Shown piece after piece: positions 12,739 through 26,194 of a stretch of 64,000 bases of DNA (its first letter is position 1; every line of letters begins with the position of its first letter). The notes under the pieces were generated by a model. That model did no database searches and was not told where the DNA came from. It saw only the letters and a program-made list of their open reading frames with translations. The stretch is from Callorhinchus milii. Lineage: Eukaryota. The stretch is from assembly GCF_018977255.1 (NCBI RefSeq), contig NW_024704742.1:13084001-13148000 (forward strand). The letters are read 5' to 3'. A program made the position numbers and the translations under genes.

Positions 12739-15399
12739 TCTGACTCTCTGGGTGTAATTCTTTGCTCCTGGCTTTCATTTCACTTTTTGTTAGTTTAATA
12801 TCTGCTCTGTCCTGTGTTTGTTAATGTGAAACAAATTCCAACCCAATCTGCACTCGCATTGTCTCTGGATAGAAACTGCAGCCAGCAGCCAGAGTTCAAA
12901 CTGAAAGAGATTAAAGGAGTCCGATATGAGATTTTCCTGCTGCACAGACCACTAGTAGCTGCGCAATCTCCTGATGGGATTCTGCAAGCTCAGCACTGAG
13001 CATGACACAAGAGACTCCCGGACTAGACTAAGAATTTGTCTGCTGGCGATAGCATTCCAAAAACAATGGAAAATCTATTAGGCTCAGAAAACCGAATCTG
13101 ATACACTTAACGGCAAGAGGAAATGTCATCCCATTGTATCAAAGTCACTCGGTAGGAAACTCAGTTAAGAGAGAGAAAAAGAAAGTTGAATTACTCAGGA
13201 GCAATCTAAATCGGTTCCAATTGGTATGTCTGTATGTTGATGGGATTTAATCACAAGATCACGAGATTGGTTTGGAATGAGGAAGGCCCTTTGAGTCATT
13301 TGATCTCAACCTTTCAGAATACCCACCCTACCATCTTCCCATCACAGCATTGTGCTGTTTTTATGAATCAGCATATTGATTGCTTAAAACAGCAATCCTT
13401 TCTGCTAGCTCTACGTAATGAGACATCCCAGGATAAAGATTTAACAGAAAAGACTGCAAATTATTGAGACCAGTGCATGTTAAATCCCTGTGAATAGTAT
13501 ACCATAACAACAGCATAAACAACTTGCACTTGCTCTTTTCACGTAGCCTTGAAGACCTTGCAAAAAATAATCCTTCCAGGTAATTGCCTTTGTGTAATAA
13601 CTGATTCTGTATGGAAATGGGGCAACTATTTAGGAATCGAATACCATATATAACAAACACTTGAATAGGCAAACGGAATGTTAGTTTAATGTCCCTAAAG
13701 GACTGTTTCCTTTTCTTTGAAGAATGAAACTGACAATCTCACTCAGAGATGCCACAAAGATGACAAGTGTGGATAAGGAGATGTCAGACTGTCTTCCAAC
13801 TCAGAGACAAGAATGCAGAAGAAATGTGCTGAGCCTGGCGGTGAAGGGAGGTGGAGAGGTGAGGGAGGGTGTCAGGACAATGGACTATGAAAGCCATTTT
13901 ATAGCAACACATTTGCTGTTGCTTGTTTTTTTAATTCCCTGTGTTGTTTTGGAACGGGAGTTGTAAGATTGCACTATGCATTGGCAAAGAGCGGTGTATT
14001 TACTATTGAGTGATCCATACTCTCCGTTTGTCAACATAGTTTGTGAAATAGTCCATAAACCAGTCATTAGGATTAAACTGTAAACTGACTGATTGTTTGC
14101 ATTTCTTTGATGTGGACAAATTGTGGAAATTGGTGAGTAAATGTTGCTGTAAAATATTAGTCATTACATTTCAAACCTGAGTATTGCTTCAAGATTTGGC
14201 TACTAATGTTGACAAGATCATTGCCAACTCACTGTACACCTGTATTTGGCTCCATGGAAACTAATTGCAATGATGTGATTTGCCACACCTTATTGAATAG
14301 ATTATACCAATTAACAAATAAAGGTTATGGCCTTCATGTATGTTAGCCGTCTGGCAGGTGTATCATTATGGAACACCTCCTCCCCCCCCACCCCACACAC
14401 ACACACAAAGACACACACCCAGAGCACAGTTACCAATCAGATTGCTGAAAAACCACAGGCCTTACCAACCCATCCTACCATCAGCACGTGGACTTTCTGC
14501 CATTCTCCTATTCTAATTCTCTCTGGAATTCCATCCTGGTGCCAGCCACGCTCTGTGAGATCAAAGTCCCGATGTGGAGCTTGAACCTACTGTCTTCCAA
14601 CTCAGAGACAAGAATGCAAGCAACTGAGCCAAAGTGACATGCCATTATTGAGATCTGTAGTTTTCCATTGGGGCAGTACTGCATTGATCTTGCCGTCCTT
14701 CAGATGAGAAATTATACCAAAGTCTGTTCAGATCGACGTTAAAGATCCCATGGTACTTTTCTCCTGGTGTCTCCTGCAAACAATCCCTCAAATAAAATGA
14801 ACTTCCTGGCTGAATGTGGGAACCAAGCTGAGAAATCCATGCAGTCCACCTCTGCATAGAAATTCCAGAGGTAGATTGTTGGAATGGAATGCGCACTCTC
14901 TCCCTGGAGGGACACATCCTGCTTACCTAATTCCAGAAACTATTAGGCTCAGGTTGGCAAGAGGCAAGGCTTGGGCGTCTGACACACTTGGGAAGAGGAG
15001 TGGAGAGGTCAGTGCTTCAGAGTAGTCCCACGCAACACTATTCCTGATCTCATTCCATTTATTTCATTATCTGTGTCTTTGCATCTAGTGCAGACATATT
15101 TGGAATAAAAGTGTGATTACTTCAGTAAGCCCAGGAATGACTGGAACTCGTCTATATTTTCCAGTTCAGTAACTTCTATGACAGCTTCTATCTTCTTCAG
15201 TGATTGATGTAAACCTTCTTTGACTAATACAAGTGCAAAATATTCTACTGGCAGCGCAATTAATTAGTTTAGCCTTATTCCACAACCCTCCAGACATTTC
15301 AGAACAGCAACAAGGTAATATAACTACTACTAATAATAATCCTTGTATTGGATAGAGCCTTATCCAATGTCATAAAGCAATTCACAGAATCTGTTGAAG

Positions 15400-15749
15400 G
15401 GAGTGGTTAACGCGCTTGTTTTGCAAGCGAGGTGACCCATTTCCAGGAAGGACGAAATCTGGGGCAAGTTTCCTTACTCCACATGCCTCTGTTTACTTAG
15501 CAGGAAGCAGGAACCCAGTTGTTAGTCATTTGGCGGATTGTTTTCTGTAGATAATAAACCGTTTTTTAAAAAAAAAATTTAGGTCACTCGATCCATGAGT
15601 ATTTGTAGGACACTGCTGTGCGCAATTGGCTGCCTTGTTTCGCCCACAAAATAAACAGTCAATTCATTTTACAGTATATTCTGAAGTGCTTTAAGACATC
15701 TCAATGACATGATGAGGCAACTATATCAAATGCAAGGATTATCATTATT
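15400..15749 (+). mobile_element. Young SINE, long form
   Basis: Degenerate tRNA head, gggcaagtttccttactccacatgcctctgtttac block, shared 3' tail. Confidence 0.85.
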
Positions 15750-16507
15750 GGAATCTTACTGTAAAATATAGTGACTGAATTTGCAGGCAAAACAACAGCC
15801 AATTTGTACATAGCAATTTCCCACAAACAGCAGTGAAGTGAGTGATCAGTTTTATCTGGGCATGACCTCCGACAATGCAGCGCTCCCCCATCATTGCATT
15901 AGACTGTCACTGATGTGAGGCTTTATCCCACAACTGTCTGACTCAAGAGTGATAACAATTGAGACTGTCTGACACCTGAGGTTTAAAGAGCCAATGCAGT
16001 ACCCTTTCCTTTTAAATTCAGGTTAGCTTTCAGCAGCGTTCCTTGGCTTGGTGCTGTGCATTCCTGACTGGCTTTGCCTGTCGGGCTAGCAGCGAGGGTG
16101 GGAATTCCTCAGGTGACACCCACTACATTGGGGCCAAGAACGCTGTGCAAAGCGCCGTTCGTCTTTTCTCTCCGAGGCCTGCTATGGCCGGTGAGACACA
16201 GCTGAAAGTTTACTTTCCCAATATAGGTTACTGGTAAGTGTTCTCGCACTGTATTAATAATTGCCCCACGTTTCATAAAGATAGTCTGCTCCCCAACAAA
16301 CACAAGGCAATCTCAATATATTGGGCTAAAACTTCAGGGGAGCTGTCCTCAATTGATCAACCTTGGTAACCTGTCCAAATTCCCTGCTGCCAAACTTAAC
16401 ACTGCCACAATGTCATCTTAAACCTGTCACATAGCTTTTTTCCAGCTACCACTGTCCCAATTTAATGGTTTTCATTGCCTCAAAACCAACCTGACAAACT
16501 AAGAGAT

Positions 16508-17195
16508 CAACAACAACAACAACAAAATTACACTTGTAAAGCGCCTTTCACGTCAAGAGGACGTCCCAAGACACTGGACAGACAGAGTTTTGGACCCGAG
16601 CTGGGGGTCGGGATTGGTGAGGGTGGAGGGCAGGGGGAGAAGCAGGGAAATAGAAAGCACAGTCGAAGAGGAGGGTCTTGAGATGGGTCTTAATAATAAT
16701 AATCCTTGTATTTGATATAGCGCTTTTCACGTCTTCTAGACATCTCAAAGTGCTGAACAGAATATACTGTAAAGTGAATTGAAGTATATTTGTGGGCGAA
16801 CGTGGCAGCCAATTGCGCACAGCAGTGTCCCACAAACAGTCATGGATTGAAAATGACCAATTTATTATTGCTTTTTTTTTGAGGGATTATTATCAGCCGT
16901 GTGGAGTAAGGAAGCTTGTCCAAGGTTTCGCCCTGCCAAGAATCGAACCCAGGTCTCTCGCTTGTGAGGCGAGTGCTCTAACCACTGAGCTACAGGACTC
17001 CACAATTTTGAAGGTGGCAAGGGAGGGGGCAAGGTGGAGGTACTGCTGGATGGAATTCCAGAGGGTGGGGGCAGAGTGGCGGAAGGCCCCACCCGCCAAT
17101 AGTGGGGCGAGCGAGGAGGGAGACATGAAGTAGGCTGGAGCCCGCTGAGCAGAGGGAGCGAGTAGGATGGTAGGGAGTTAGGAGGTCGCAGAGGT
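16508..17195 (-). mobile_element. L2 3' end, split by a SINE at 16691-17000
   Basis: GGAFRHSAPTLWNS...; (CAA)n tail at 16508. Confidence 0.85.
16691..17000 (-). mobile_element. Young SINE, short form, full length
   Basis: Head gagtcctgtagctcagtggttagagcactcgcctcacaagcgag on the minus strand; (ATT)n tail. Confidence 0.95.
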
Positions 17196-17199
17196 AGAT

Positions 17200-17247
17200 G
17201 GGTAGGTATGTAGGTACCTGGGTAGGTGGGTGGGTGGGTGGGTAGGT
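17200..17247 (+). repeat. (GGGT/AGGT)n tetranucleotide repeat
   Basis: Direct reading. Confidence 0.7.
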
Positions 17248-18094
17248 AGAGATCAATGCTTGACAGGATTCTTTAGAGAGGAAGAAAAGAGACAATGAGT
17301 GGATAAACCCATTTTTGGCTCCTGAGGCCCAGCATCATTCTAGACAAGCAAAACTCTCTTCAGTGCTAAATATTAGGGTGAGTTTGTGTGTAAACACATA
17401 AAATCTCTCATCAGGCGAGTTATACAATGTCTTCACAAAGTCCTGTTACCCCCCTTTTTTAGTTTCATGAGATACTGGTTTAGCTCAATCCCAGGTTTGG
17501 GAACAAGCTTCTTGGGCACTCCTAAAAAAAACAAGATGGTGCAAGAAATCATAGAACCCACCTCGGACCTAACTACTGGAGGGAAGGGGCCAGTTTTATA
17601 GTCTCCATCAGTCTTTATTAATAAATGGGAGAAAGTGATGTTTCTTTAACAGATTTGATAATGTTCAACAATCATTGAATTTGTTCTGAAATATTGTATT
17701 CCTTACAATGAGATAATAATCTTTGCATTTGATATAGAGCCTTATCACGTCTTTGAGATGCCCCAAAGCGCTTCACAGATTATACTGTAAAATGAATTGA
17801 CTGTGTATTTTGTGGGCGAAACTCTGCTGACCTCAGACAGACTATCCAAGGAAGGAAGAGAGAGGAGCTTGGGCAGGTTCCCATAGTGCCCACATTTATT
17901 TTTCACAGAGAAATTATTTCCTTTGTTTTTAAATAAATGCTTTTTTTACCCCACTCTGTGGCAACCATACAACTGAGAAGGCAAGGTGAGCTGTTTGCCA
18001 GCCTGGCACTCTGCATCCATGCACTCAGAGATGTGTGGAGGCAGCTCAGGGTGCATCCTCTGTCTTTGTCTCCTCTTCTCACTGCACCTTAAAC

Positions 18095-18205
18095 CATAGA
18101 ATCATAGAAATTCACAGAAGAAGGCTATTCAGCCTATCGTGTCTGTGCAGACTCTTTTAAAGAGGGATCCTTTCAGTCGCACTTACCTGCCCTTTCTCCA
18201 CAGAG
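18095..18205 (-). mobile_element. CR1 3' tail stub
   Basis: catagaatcatagaaattcacagaagaaggctattcagcc. Confidence 0.7.
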
Positions 18206-18330
18206 CCCCAGGCTAGCAGGGTCCAGCCTCTCACCCCAGGCATTCTGCAGAAGATTTTAAATAGCAGCGATATATAAAGCCTGTTACATACACTAGCTTG
18301 TTTTAAAACAGTAAGTTTCATTTGTTTCAA

Positions 18331-18571
18331 AAACAGAAGTCGCGGGGAACGCTCAGCAGGTCAGGCAGCATCTATGGAGAAAGGAAAGTGAGTCAACGTT
18401 TTGGGTCCACGACCCTTCGTCAGAACCTTCGTCAAAACTCAGTTCTGACGAAGGATCGTGGACCCGAAATATTGACTCACTTTGCTTTCTCCATCGATGC
18501 TGCCTGACCTGCTGAGCGTCCCCAGCGACTTCTGTATTTGTTTCAGATTTCCAGCATCTGCAGTATTTTGC
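18331..18571. mobile_element. Palindromic Penelope-type terminal repeat element (inverted arms of ~96 bp) with hammerhead-like cores
   Basis: Arms 18331-18426 and 18442-18537 are reverse complements with about 9 mismatches; each holds CTGACGA-stem-(G/A)AAA. Confidence 0.75.
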
Positions 18572-19139
18572 GGTTTAGTTACGTTTGTTTGTTTGTCTTA
18601 ACGGCATGTATGCGATGGCTGCATCTCAGCAAAGGATAACAATGGGTTAAGGCAGAGACGATGAAGCACTAGGCAATGAAGTAACATTGCCTAGTGCTCC
18701 AAAGTGCAAAGGCCGTTAGACATTTCAGATTAGTGTTAAACTGAACAACAGTCTATGAACATGCAGGTGTGAGCAAGCAGAGAGCGAGAACTAAACTTAC
18801 AGCCAAAGGGATGCTGAGCCTTTACAGGGCTGGGACGAGAGCTGAAATGCACCAGCAGCTTGGAGAAGCCTGCACAGCTGATCGAGTGTCTTCCAGATAG
18901 AGAGGGCAAGACAGGTCATGCACACACACACACACACAAAGAGAAATAACACAAGTAATTAAAGTCAGTACAGTTATACACAACAATTCATCAGAGTTCA
19001 ACACAGAGATTAACAGATGTTAATTACTCAGTGATACACTTCACCTCACATTTGAAATAACACCCTGGGAAATACACATTAAAAGGCCAGAGGCCTGAAA
19101 TTTCTCCCAGTCTTACCCTTAAGCTCATTGTTTTTAAAC

Positions 19140-19780
19140 AATAACGATTTATATTTGTGAAGTGGCTTTCACATTGGGTGGACATCTCCGAGTACTTCAC
19201 ACAGCTGGACAACCATCCAAGCTGGGGAGGGGGTAGAAGGAGGTGACACAAAGCAGAATTCCAAACATAGGTCTTAAGGTAGGTTTTAAAGATGGAGAGA
19301 GAGGGACAAAGCAGAGGGACTCCGGGATGGAATTCAGAGAGCAAGCAGGGATAAAATGGTTGAAAGCCGTCAATGGTGGGGTGGATCTTGGGGAACAGAG
19401 GGGGGTTGATGTCTACCATGAAGTAGTCCGCTGTTGGCTGAATGGAAGGAGTGGCCAGATCAGTAGGGCTTGAGGAGGTCCAAAAATAGGGTGGGGTGAG
19501 ACCTTGGAGGGAATGGAACATGAGGAGAGCTGGAATAATCAAGCCTGGATGAGTTGAACACATGATAATATTGTGGAGCAATGTTGTGGTCGTGAGGGAA
19601 AGCTGAGCGAGTGAGAGTCTCGAATCTGGAAGGACAATAGATAGCGAGCCTCCATGAGTTGAAGTGAGGATCCAATGTGGTCACTGCCTGCGGTCAGAAG
19701 GCACCGACTGGAGCTAAGCAGGAGAGCCTCAGCCTTTTGTTAACATTGAGCTGTAGAAAGTAGACCTCAAACAGGCATTG
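19140..19780 (-). mobile_element. Old L2 3' fragment
   Basis: SLQGLTPPY...FKTYLKTY; SRLDY remnant. Confidence 0.7.
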
Positions 19781-20284
19781 GGTACCTAGCAACACACCCA
19801 GTGTTGACATTGCTATGCTACATCCTTCACTGCAGTGACACAAAATGCTGCTCGATTTGTTTATTCAATTGAAAGGATAATAGAAAATTGGTCAATATTT
19901 CCCAGGCAAATGTTTCCCAGTGGTAAATTAATCTTTAAACATTTGTCTGTAACTTACAGTATTTCTGTATCATTTTGTAGAAAGGTTAAAATCTATTGGC
20001 ATAATCTTGACAGTTTATCCTGTGAAGCGTTTTGAGACGTCCTCCCAATGTGAAAGAGGCTATATCAAATGTAAGTTTTTTTTATTATTATAAATTAGTG
20101 TTTGTGAAAATTTGGCAATGAATTTATCAACTATCTGATAATTCTAAGATCTGTCAGGAATACTAATAATCAATACCAATAAGCATTTGATACTTCCACA
20201 TTCGATTGACATTTTTTTGGAAAACGTATGTTGATTTGCTTGAGGGTTGACCAAATTTAAACCAGATTAACTAACCTAACCAAA

Positions 20285-20465
20285 TAAAATTGGTTATTCA
20301 CTTCATGGCTGTTTGTGGGACATTGATGTGCTGTGCTCAAACTGACTAAAGTATTCTGCCCACAAAATACTCAGTCAAACCAATTTACAGTATATCCTGT
20401 GAAGCGATTTAGGAGGCCTCAATGATGTGATAAGGAGCTATATCAAATGCAAAGATTATTATCAT
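20285..20465 (+). mobile_element. SINE 3' fragment
   Basis: ggctgtttgtgggacattg...tatcaaatgcaaagattatt. Confidence 0.8.
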
Positions 20466-20479
20466 AAATCAAACCCAAG

Positions 20480-20790
20480 CGCTCGACTGATGGCCCACTT
20501 AAGTGAATTTATTCAGTGAGTTGCTGAGCAATACAGACTGATGAGCAAACTGATCCAGCTAAGGGAATACTATAAGGGTGTTACAGTGGCCACAACACCC
20601 TGGATACGAGGGAGGGAAAACTGGTCAAAGATCACACTCCTGATTACTCCAACAGACTCTATAAGAATAGTTGGGTGCATACATGAACTTGTGGGTGTGG
20701 GACAGGTTTTGTCTGCGATACTCTTCCAAAAACAGACATGGATTCACATCTTGAAATGGGTTTGCAATCTGTGCCTAAAACCTAATTTAG
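20480..20790 (+). mobile_element. Probable ancient SINE-like relic (unclassified)
   Basis: Resembles, from memory, an old chondrichthyan SINE body (ctgagcaatacagac...ccctggatacgagggagggaaaa...ctcctgat); possibly related fragments at ~21215-21245 (+) and ~30560-30730 (-). Not verified by search. Confidence 0.35.
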
Positions 20791-23139
20791 AACCTAAACT
20801 TGCTCTGAGTAAAATAAAACCAAAGTTGGGCCATTAAAATCTCTCTGATCCACTGTAGGAGTTTAAATCTTGTGCAGATTAAGTTGAAATATCCAGATCA
20901 CATGGTGTAAAAGAACGCAAAAATGCACAGTTGCAAGGCTGGGAATTTCTTTCTCCTTGGGATTAACTGGATTGCAAGTCAGAAATTCCTGAGGGCACAT
21001 TTACCTTCTAAATTCTGCATTACCCAACAGACTGGCTGAAGCAATCTTCTTCTGATGTCTGCCTGAGGAATTGCTCTGCTTATTTCTGATTAAGAAGATT
21101 CCATCAAAAGTGCGGTCACAGTATTTTAAAGTGGAATCACTAGTTTTCATAAACTACAGTTGTTTGGACCAGCCCTGAGAGACCACCTGATACAAAACCA
21201 TTGTAAGACTCAGCTCTGAGTTAGCTGATCTCTGCTCAGGTTGTTACTCTGCAACAAGTGTAAGGTGTGTGTGTATGTGTATGTGGCGGGGGTGGCAGGG
21301 GGGATCCCAAAGAGAGGGCAGGGCTAGGGAACAAGGTGAAGGGCCATCTTTATTTTACATTTCCTGCCTTCTTCCCTAGTTACGCTCACTGAACCCAATT
21401 TGATTGTTGTCCATCCCACACCCTTTACCTAGCCATTTGTTGTGCTTCAGTGAATTTTACCTCATTCTCATTATTCCCATTCTGGTCCAAACCAATGGTA
21501 TTGCCCTCAGTTTCTCTTGTACTGATCCCTTCTTCGGCTTCCCTCAAGCCCACTCTCCCACAGGCCTCTCTGCCTTCCTAGCCCTACTTGTCTGAGGTTT
21601 GTCTCTCCCTGGTTCCTTCTCTAATTCTGCATTACTGTCCAGCGCTCCAAGACACTACACTGCGTGAAGGACGCTATGTAAATGCTATAGATGTTGTCCT
21701 ATAGTTATCCAACAGTTGCCATGACTCAGTAATTTTCTTTGGTGCCTTAGCCCTGGCCAGTACTGGTTGTGTGGATGAAAATCCAACTGGTGTCAATTTT
21801 CAGCTCAGTGGGGAGTGTGGGTGTGTGTGGAGAAAGTTACAATTTGCCAAAGTAATCCTAGGCCAGGAAAAGGAAAATTAATCAGATGTGTGCCCAATCT
21901 GCCCAGGGACCCCTAATGGAAAGCGTGGTGATTAAGAGGGATGGGCTTGGCTGGAAGTTCTTTAAAATGCTGAGGAGAGGATGATTTTGAATGCTACACA
22001 TCAGCCCCATCTGTTAGGAAATTCCTCAAACAAACAACATGCCGCTCAGGGAAGCAGGTCTTACAAATTATTGATGATGATTTCCCAGTGCTTCAGGGGA
22101 TGTGAAGTGGAATGTGCAAATGAAGTATGAGCGTTGGCTAGTGTAAAGGTCCAGACACTGCCAATAGCATTCTGCTTATTAAAAGGAGTCATCCCATTGG
22201 GAGAACTGTCACTCTGCAGCCAACATTATACATACAAATATGACATGCTCAAAATCAAAAATCAAAATGCATCATTAAACTGCTATGAAACAGCAGTGAG
22301 TTGGTACCAAGGGAGAAAAAATGACTCCTAATTCACTAAACTCAGTGACCTTAGTAAAGATATCACCGAATTACAAAACAAACAAATTAGGGGGTCTTAT
22401 GTTTGCACGTTTAATTACTTTTCTGTTGCCCCACATTATTGAATTCCACATCAACAGGACTCTTGGGCGATATTATAAAACCATTTCTCAAAACAATTTT
22501 ACTTATTATAGTATTATAAATGCAACACAACAAGAATTGTATGCCATATCTCGCCTCTGCTCAGTCTGACTTTCTCAAGCGGCTCTTTAACTCCCTATAT
22601 ATAATCTCCCCATTGTAAATGTAATTGCACTCGTATCTTATCCCACCATCAAATCCAGTGGAAAATAAATGTGGCTTTATCGACTATCTGATCGTGCCTG
22701 GAGTGGTTTTGCTGAGCAATGTTCTTTGGTTCACTATAATTTTCGATTGAGAAGAGTCCTCCATCCCGCTCATTTCTGCTACTTTGTGTCAGGCATAGTC
22801 TTGGAGCACATGCTGCTGAATCCTTTCAATGCCATGAACAATAGTTTGCACAGAACATTTTGTTCTGTCCTATATTTGTGTTACTCATATCAGTTATTAA
22901 TGCTATAAATTCATAAGATCAATTTAAAATCTTGAAAATACTGTATGTATCACAACTCTATTATGGCCACTTCATGCCCAGAGTTCTCAGCACTGAATAT
23001 ACGAGAGGATCAGAGTTTATAGGCAAAATAAATACATTTCCTGTGAGATGGTTTTCATTGTTTCTGTGTTTCAAGGGATTAGAACATTCTCCATTTCTTA
23101 CTGATCCCACTTTATGCAGCGGATGCTATATCTAAGATG

Positions 23140-23540
23140 TCAACCTAGTTCAGTTCTCTTGCCTCTGAGTCGGAAGAGTGGATTCAAGCCCTCATAGTAC
23201 AAACTGACACTCCAGTGTAATGTAATGCTGTCTTTTACGTGAAATATCTTTTGCATGAGACTTTAAACCAAGGTCCTATCAGTCTGTTCAGATAGATATT
23301 AAAGATCCCACGACACTAATCCAAGAGAGAAGAATGTTTCTCCCAGTCTCTGAACAACAATCCCCCATATACAATTGATGGTTGCCTTCATGGTTGTTTG
23401 TGTAACATTGCTGGGTGCAAATTGGCAGCCACATTTTCAACAAAATACACAGTCACTCCATTTTACAGTAAATCCTGTGAAACATTTTGAGACCTCTCGA
23501 TGATATGATAGGCGCTGTATCAAACGTAAGGATTATCATA
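23140..23540 (+). mobile_element. Old Deu-SINE, near full length
   Basis: Head (cttgcctctgagtcggaag), Deu block (gagactttaaaccaaggtcc...aaagatccca), 3' tail. Confidence 0.85.
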
Positions 23541-25388
23541 ATTTTTTTTACTGATTTTCCCAGATAAATACTTTTTTTGGATGAAAGGCAATCAGCAAAA
23601 CTAATTTGCACCTGAATTTAATTTTTAGAAGCTGAACAATTTTTTGGTTTCACAATGGCATGTGTGTGTGTATCCCGAGACCCATCTCTCTGTAGTATTG
23701 TGAAGGATGTTTAAAAATAATTTTCAAAATCAGTAAAATTACACTATTATTACTGCATTAAACCGACCACCCTCAATGTTCGTAAAAGTAACTTCCAGAA
23801 GGTTTTCGGACTTGGTGTATTCTGTAAAGTTCTCATTAAATTCAGAAAATTGTTGTTCAGAAATTAATATCAATAACAACTTGTATCTATATAATACTAA
23901 ATAATAATAATCCTTGCATTTGATATAGCACCTTATCACATCCTTGAAACTTCTCAAAGCGCTTCACAGAATAAACTATAAAGTGAATTACTATATTTTG
24001 TGGGCGCCCATCATACGGGGTGGGGGGGGGGGGGTACAGCCAACGTCTCAGACGTCGAACTGGGAAAAAAGGGGGAGATGGGCGTAGGCAGGATTGAAAG
24101 TCTTTAGGTGTGATCTGAAGATGGGCAAAAAGGGGTCAGGGCGGTGGGCTTGAAAACATCAATCTCTGTAAAGGAAGTATTCTTGTCTTTGGCAATTCTA
24201 TTGTCTATTCTGATTTCTTTGGCTCATCTTTATGTTTTTTCCATTTCTGTCACTGATATCAATCATTAGAGCATTCAGTAACATGGACTCACTGAGGTGT
24301 GTAGGTGAGGTACCTCCTCTCAAAGTCACCATCAGCTCAACCCATTCATAGCACCTGTCCTCGTGTCACCTGTCTTGTGTCAGAAACACACCGCCATGGA
24401 AAGGACAACCCATGTTGTGAATGCTTGGATCAAGCTGAAAGACATAGTTAGCTCTGACTTTAGTTTGTCTCCAGAAACAACTTGTCAAATACAAATGAAA
24501 GGAGGCATCTCAGAGCAGACCTCAACAACAACAAACAACAACAACAACCACCTCATAGAGATAAAGATTTTAAATGGGATTGAGAAATTCAACTTTTAGG
24601 CAAAGTTTTGGATGCACTGAGGCACACACAAGCGAATGTAGGAAGGAGGTACGGAGACACTCATGTGGACAATGAATAAACACTAGCTGGATTCCATGGC
24701 CTGGTACAGTCTATTTAATTCTAGGTATTTCTTTGAAATGGTAGAAACAAGAGTTAGGGTTGCAAAAAGCAAATTCACAACAAACATTAGGAAGTGTTTC
24801 TTCACCCAGAAGGAAACAGGAGACCACAAAGGGTGGTTGGGCCAGCATACTCAACTCATTTAATAAACAGCTTAATGCTGTGATGAATGAATAGTACTGT
24901 GGTTGTTCTGGAAGGTTGACATAAAATGGGCCAAAGGACCTTTTTTATCCAAACCTCTTTGTTTTCACAGCACTTCATGCCATAAAAATGCCTTATTTAC
25001 AGATAAGAAGACATGATATGGCACTATAACAAATGCAAGAATTATTATTATTATAGGCAGAATTATGCTTAATGTAGGGTAGCCGATTTAAGAGCGATAA
25101 ATGATATAAATTTCCCAGGGAAGCAAAGCTTACACATAAAGTAATTGTTACACAAATATAATTGTAGAGCAATTGAAAATAAACTGAGATTGTTTACCGA
25201 AACATAAATGAGGGAGGCAAGTTCGATAGTACAAATATCAGAGAACATCAACAATTCAGCATCCTTGCCAGGTTTATTCAGATTTCAAAACTCCAGATTT
25301 ATTCCGGGTTAAGGCGGATTTAGCTGCGTGAGTGAAGTCTTATCTATTGGCCAAAAAAAGGTCATAACAAAACAGAATTTAGTTTTCT

Positions 25389-25705
25389 AATAATAATAAA
25401 TCTTGCATTTGATTCAGCACCTTTCACGCTAGGAAGACGTCTCAAAGCACATCACAAGTTTTACTGTAAAGTGAGGTGACTGTGTCTTTTATAGATGAAC
25501 GCAGCAGACAATTTCAGCACAGCATTGTCCCACAAATAGCCATGAAGCGAGTGACCAATTATATCTGGAGGATTGCTGGCCATGACACTGGGAGAAACTC
25601 CTTTCTCTTTTTGAACAGGCACTTACTTGCCTGAACAGCAAGACGAGACCTCAATATGTTTTATCTGAAGCACGGCACCTCCAACAATGCAGTACACCCT
25701 CAGCT
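25389..25705 (-). mobile_element. Old Deu-SINE 3' two-thirds
   Basis: Tail plus Deu block (ggcacctccaacaatgcag) on the minus strand. Confidence 0.8.
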
Positions 25706-25744
25706 ATTCAAGCAGTATAAGTAATCGTACAGGATAATAACTAA

Positions 25745-26185
25745 TGTTTAACCAAGCTTTCATTACCTCCTGTCTCGATGTCTCCAATGCCCTCCTCACT
25801 GGTCTCCTCAGCTCTACCATTCTCAAAGTTATCTGATTAAGAACTCCCCTATCTCATATCCTCACTCATGCCAAACTCTAATTCCCCCATTACCCAAATA
25901 CTTGCCAGTGTCCTTTGGCTCTTTGTTGCCGAATTGATCGATTTCAAGATCATCCTCTCATCTACAAATCACTTCATGCCCTAGTACCTCTCTTTCTCTA
26001 CCTGGTCTATCTGGTCACACATAACCCCCCACCCCAGCCCCCAGATGCCTCCTTTGCTTTGCTCGGCTGGCTTGACCTTCTGCTTGTGCCCCAACCCCTT
26101 CACTTTACTCATGACTTCAGCCACCATTCTCTGAACTACTGGAATGCCCTGCCTCAGTCCTTGCTTGCCCTTCTTTCTTTCTTTC
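25745..26185 (+). mobile_element. Old L2 3' fragment
   Basis: SCLDVSNALL; IYKSLHAL; WNALPQSL. Confidence 0.75.
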
Positions 26186-26194
26186 TTTCTTTGG

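Noticed and set aside
22545..22650. Minus-strand GATA + TATA promoter-like arrangement followed by an ATG
   Set aside because: The ORF stops after 13 codons and there is no downstream exon evidence.
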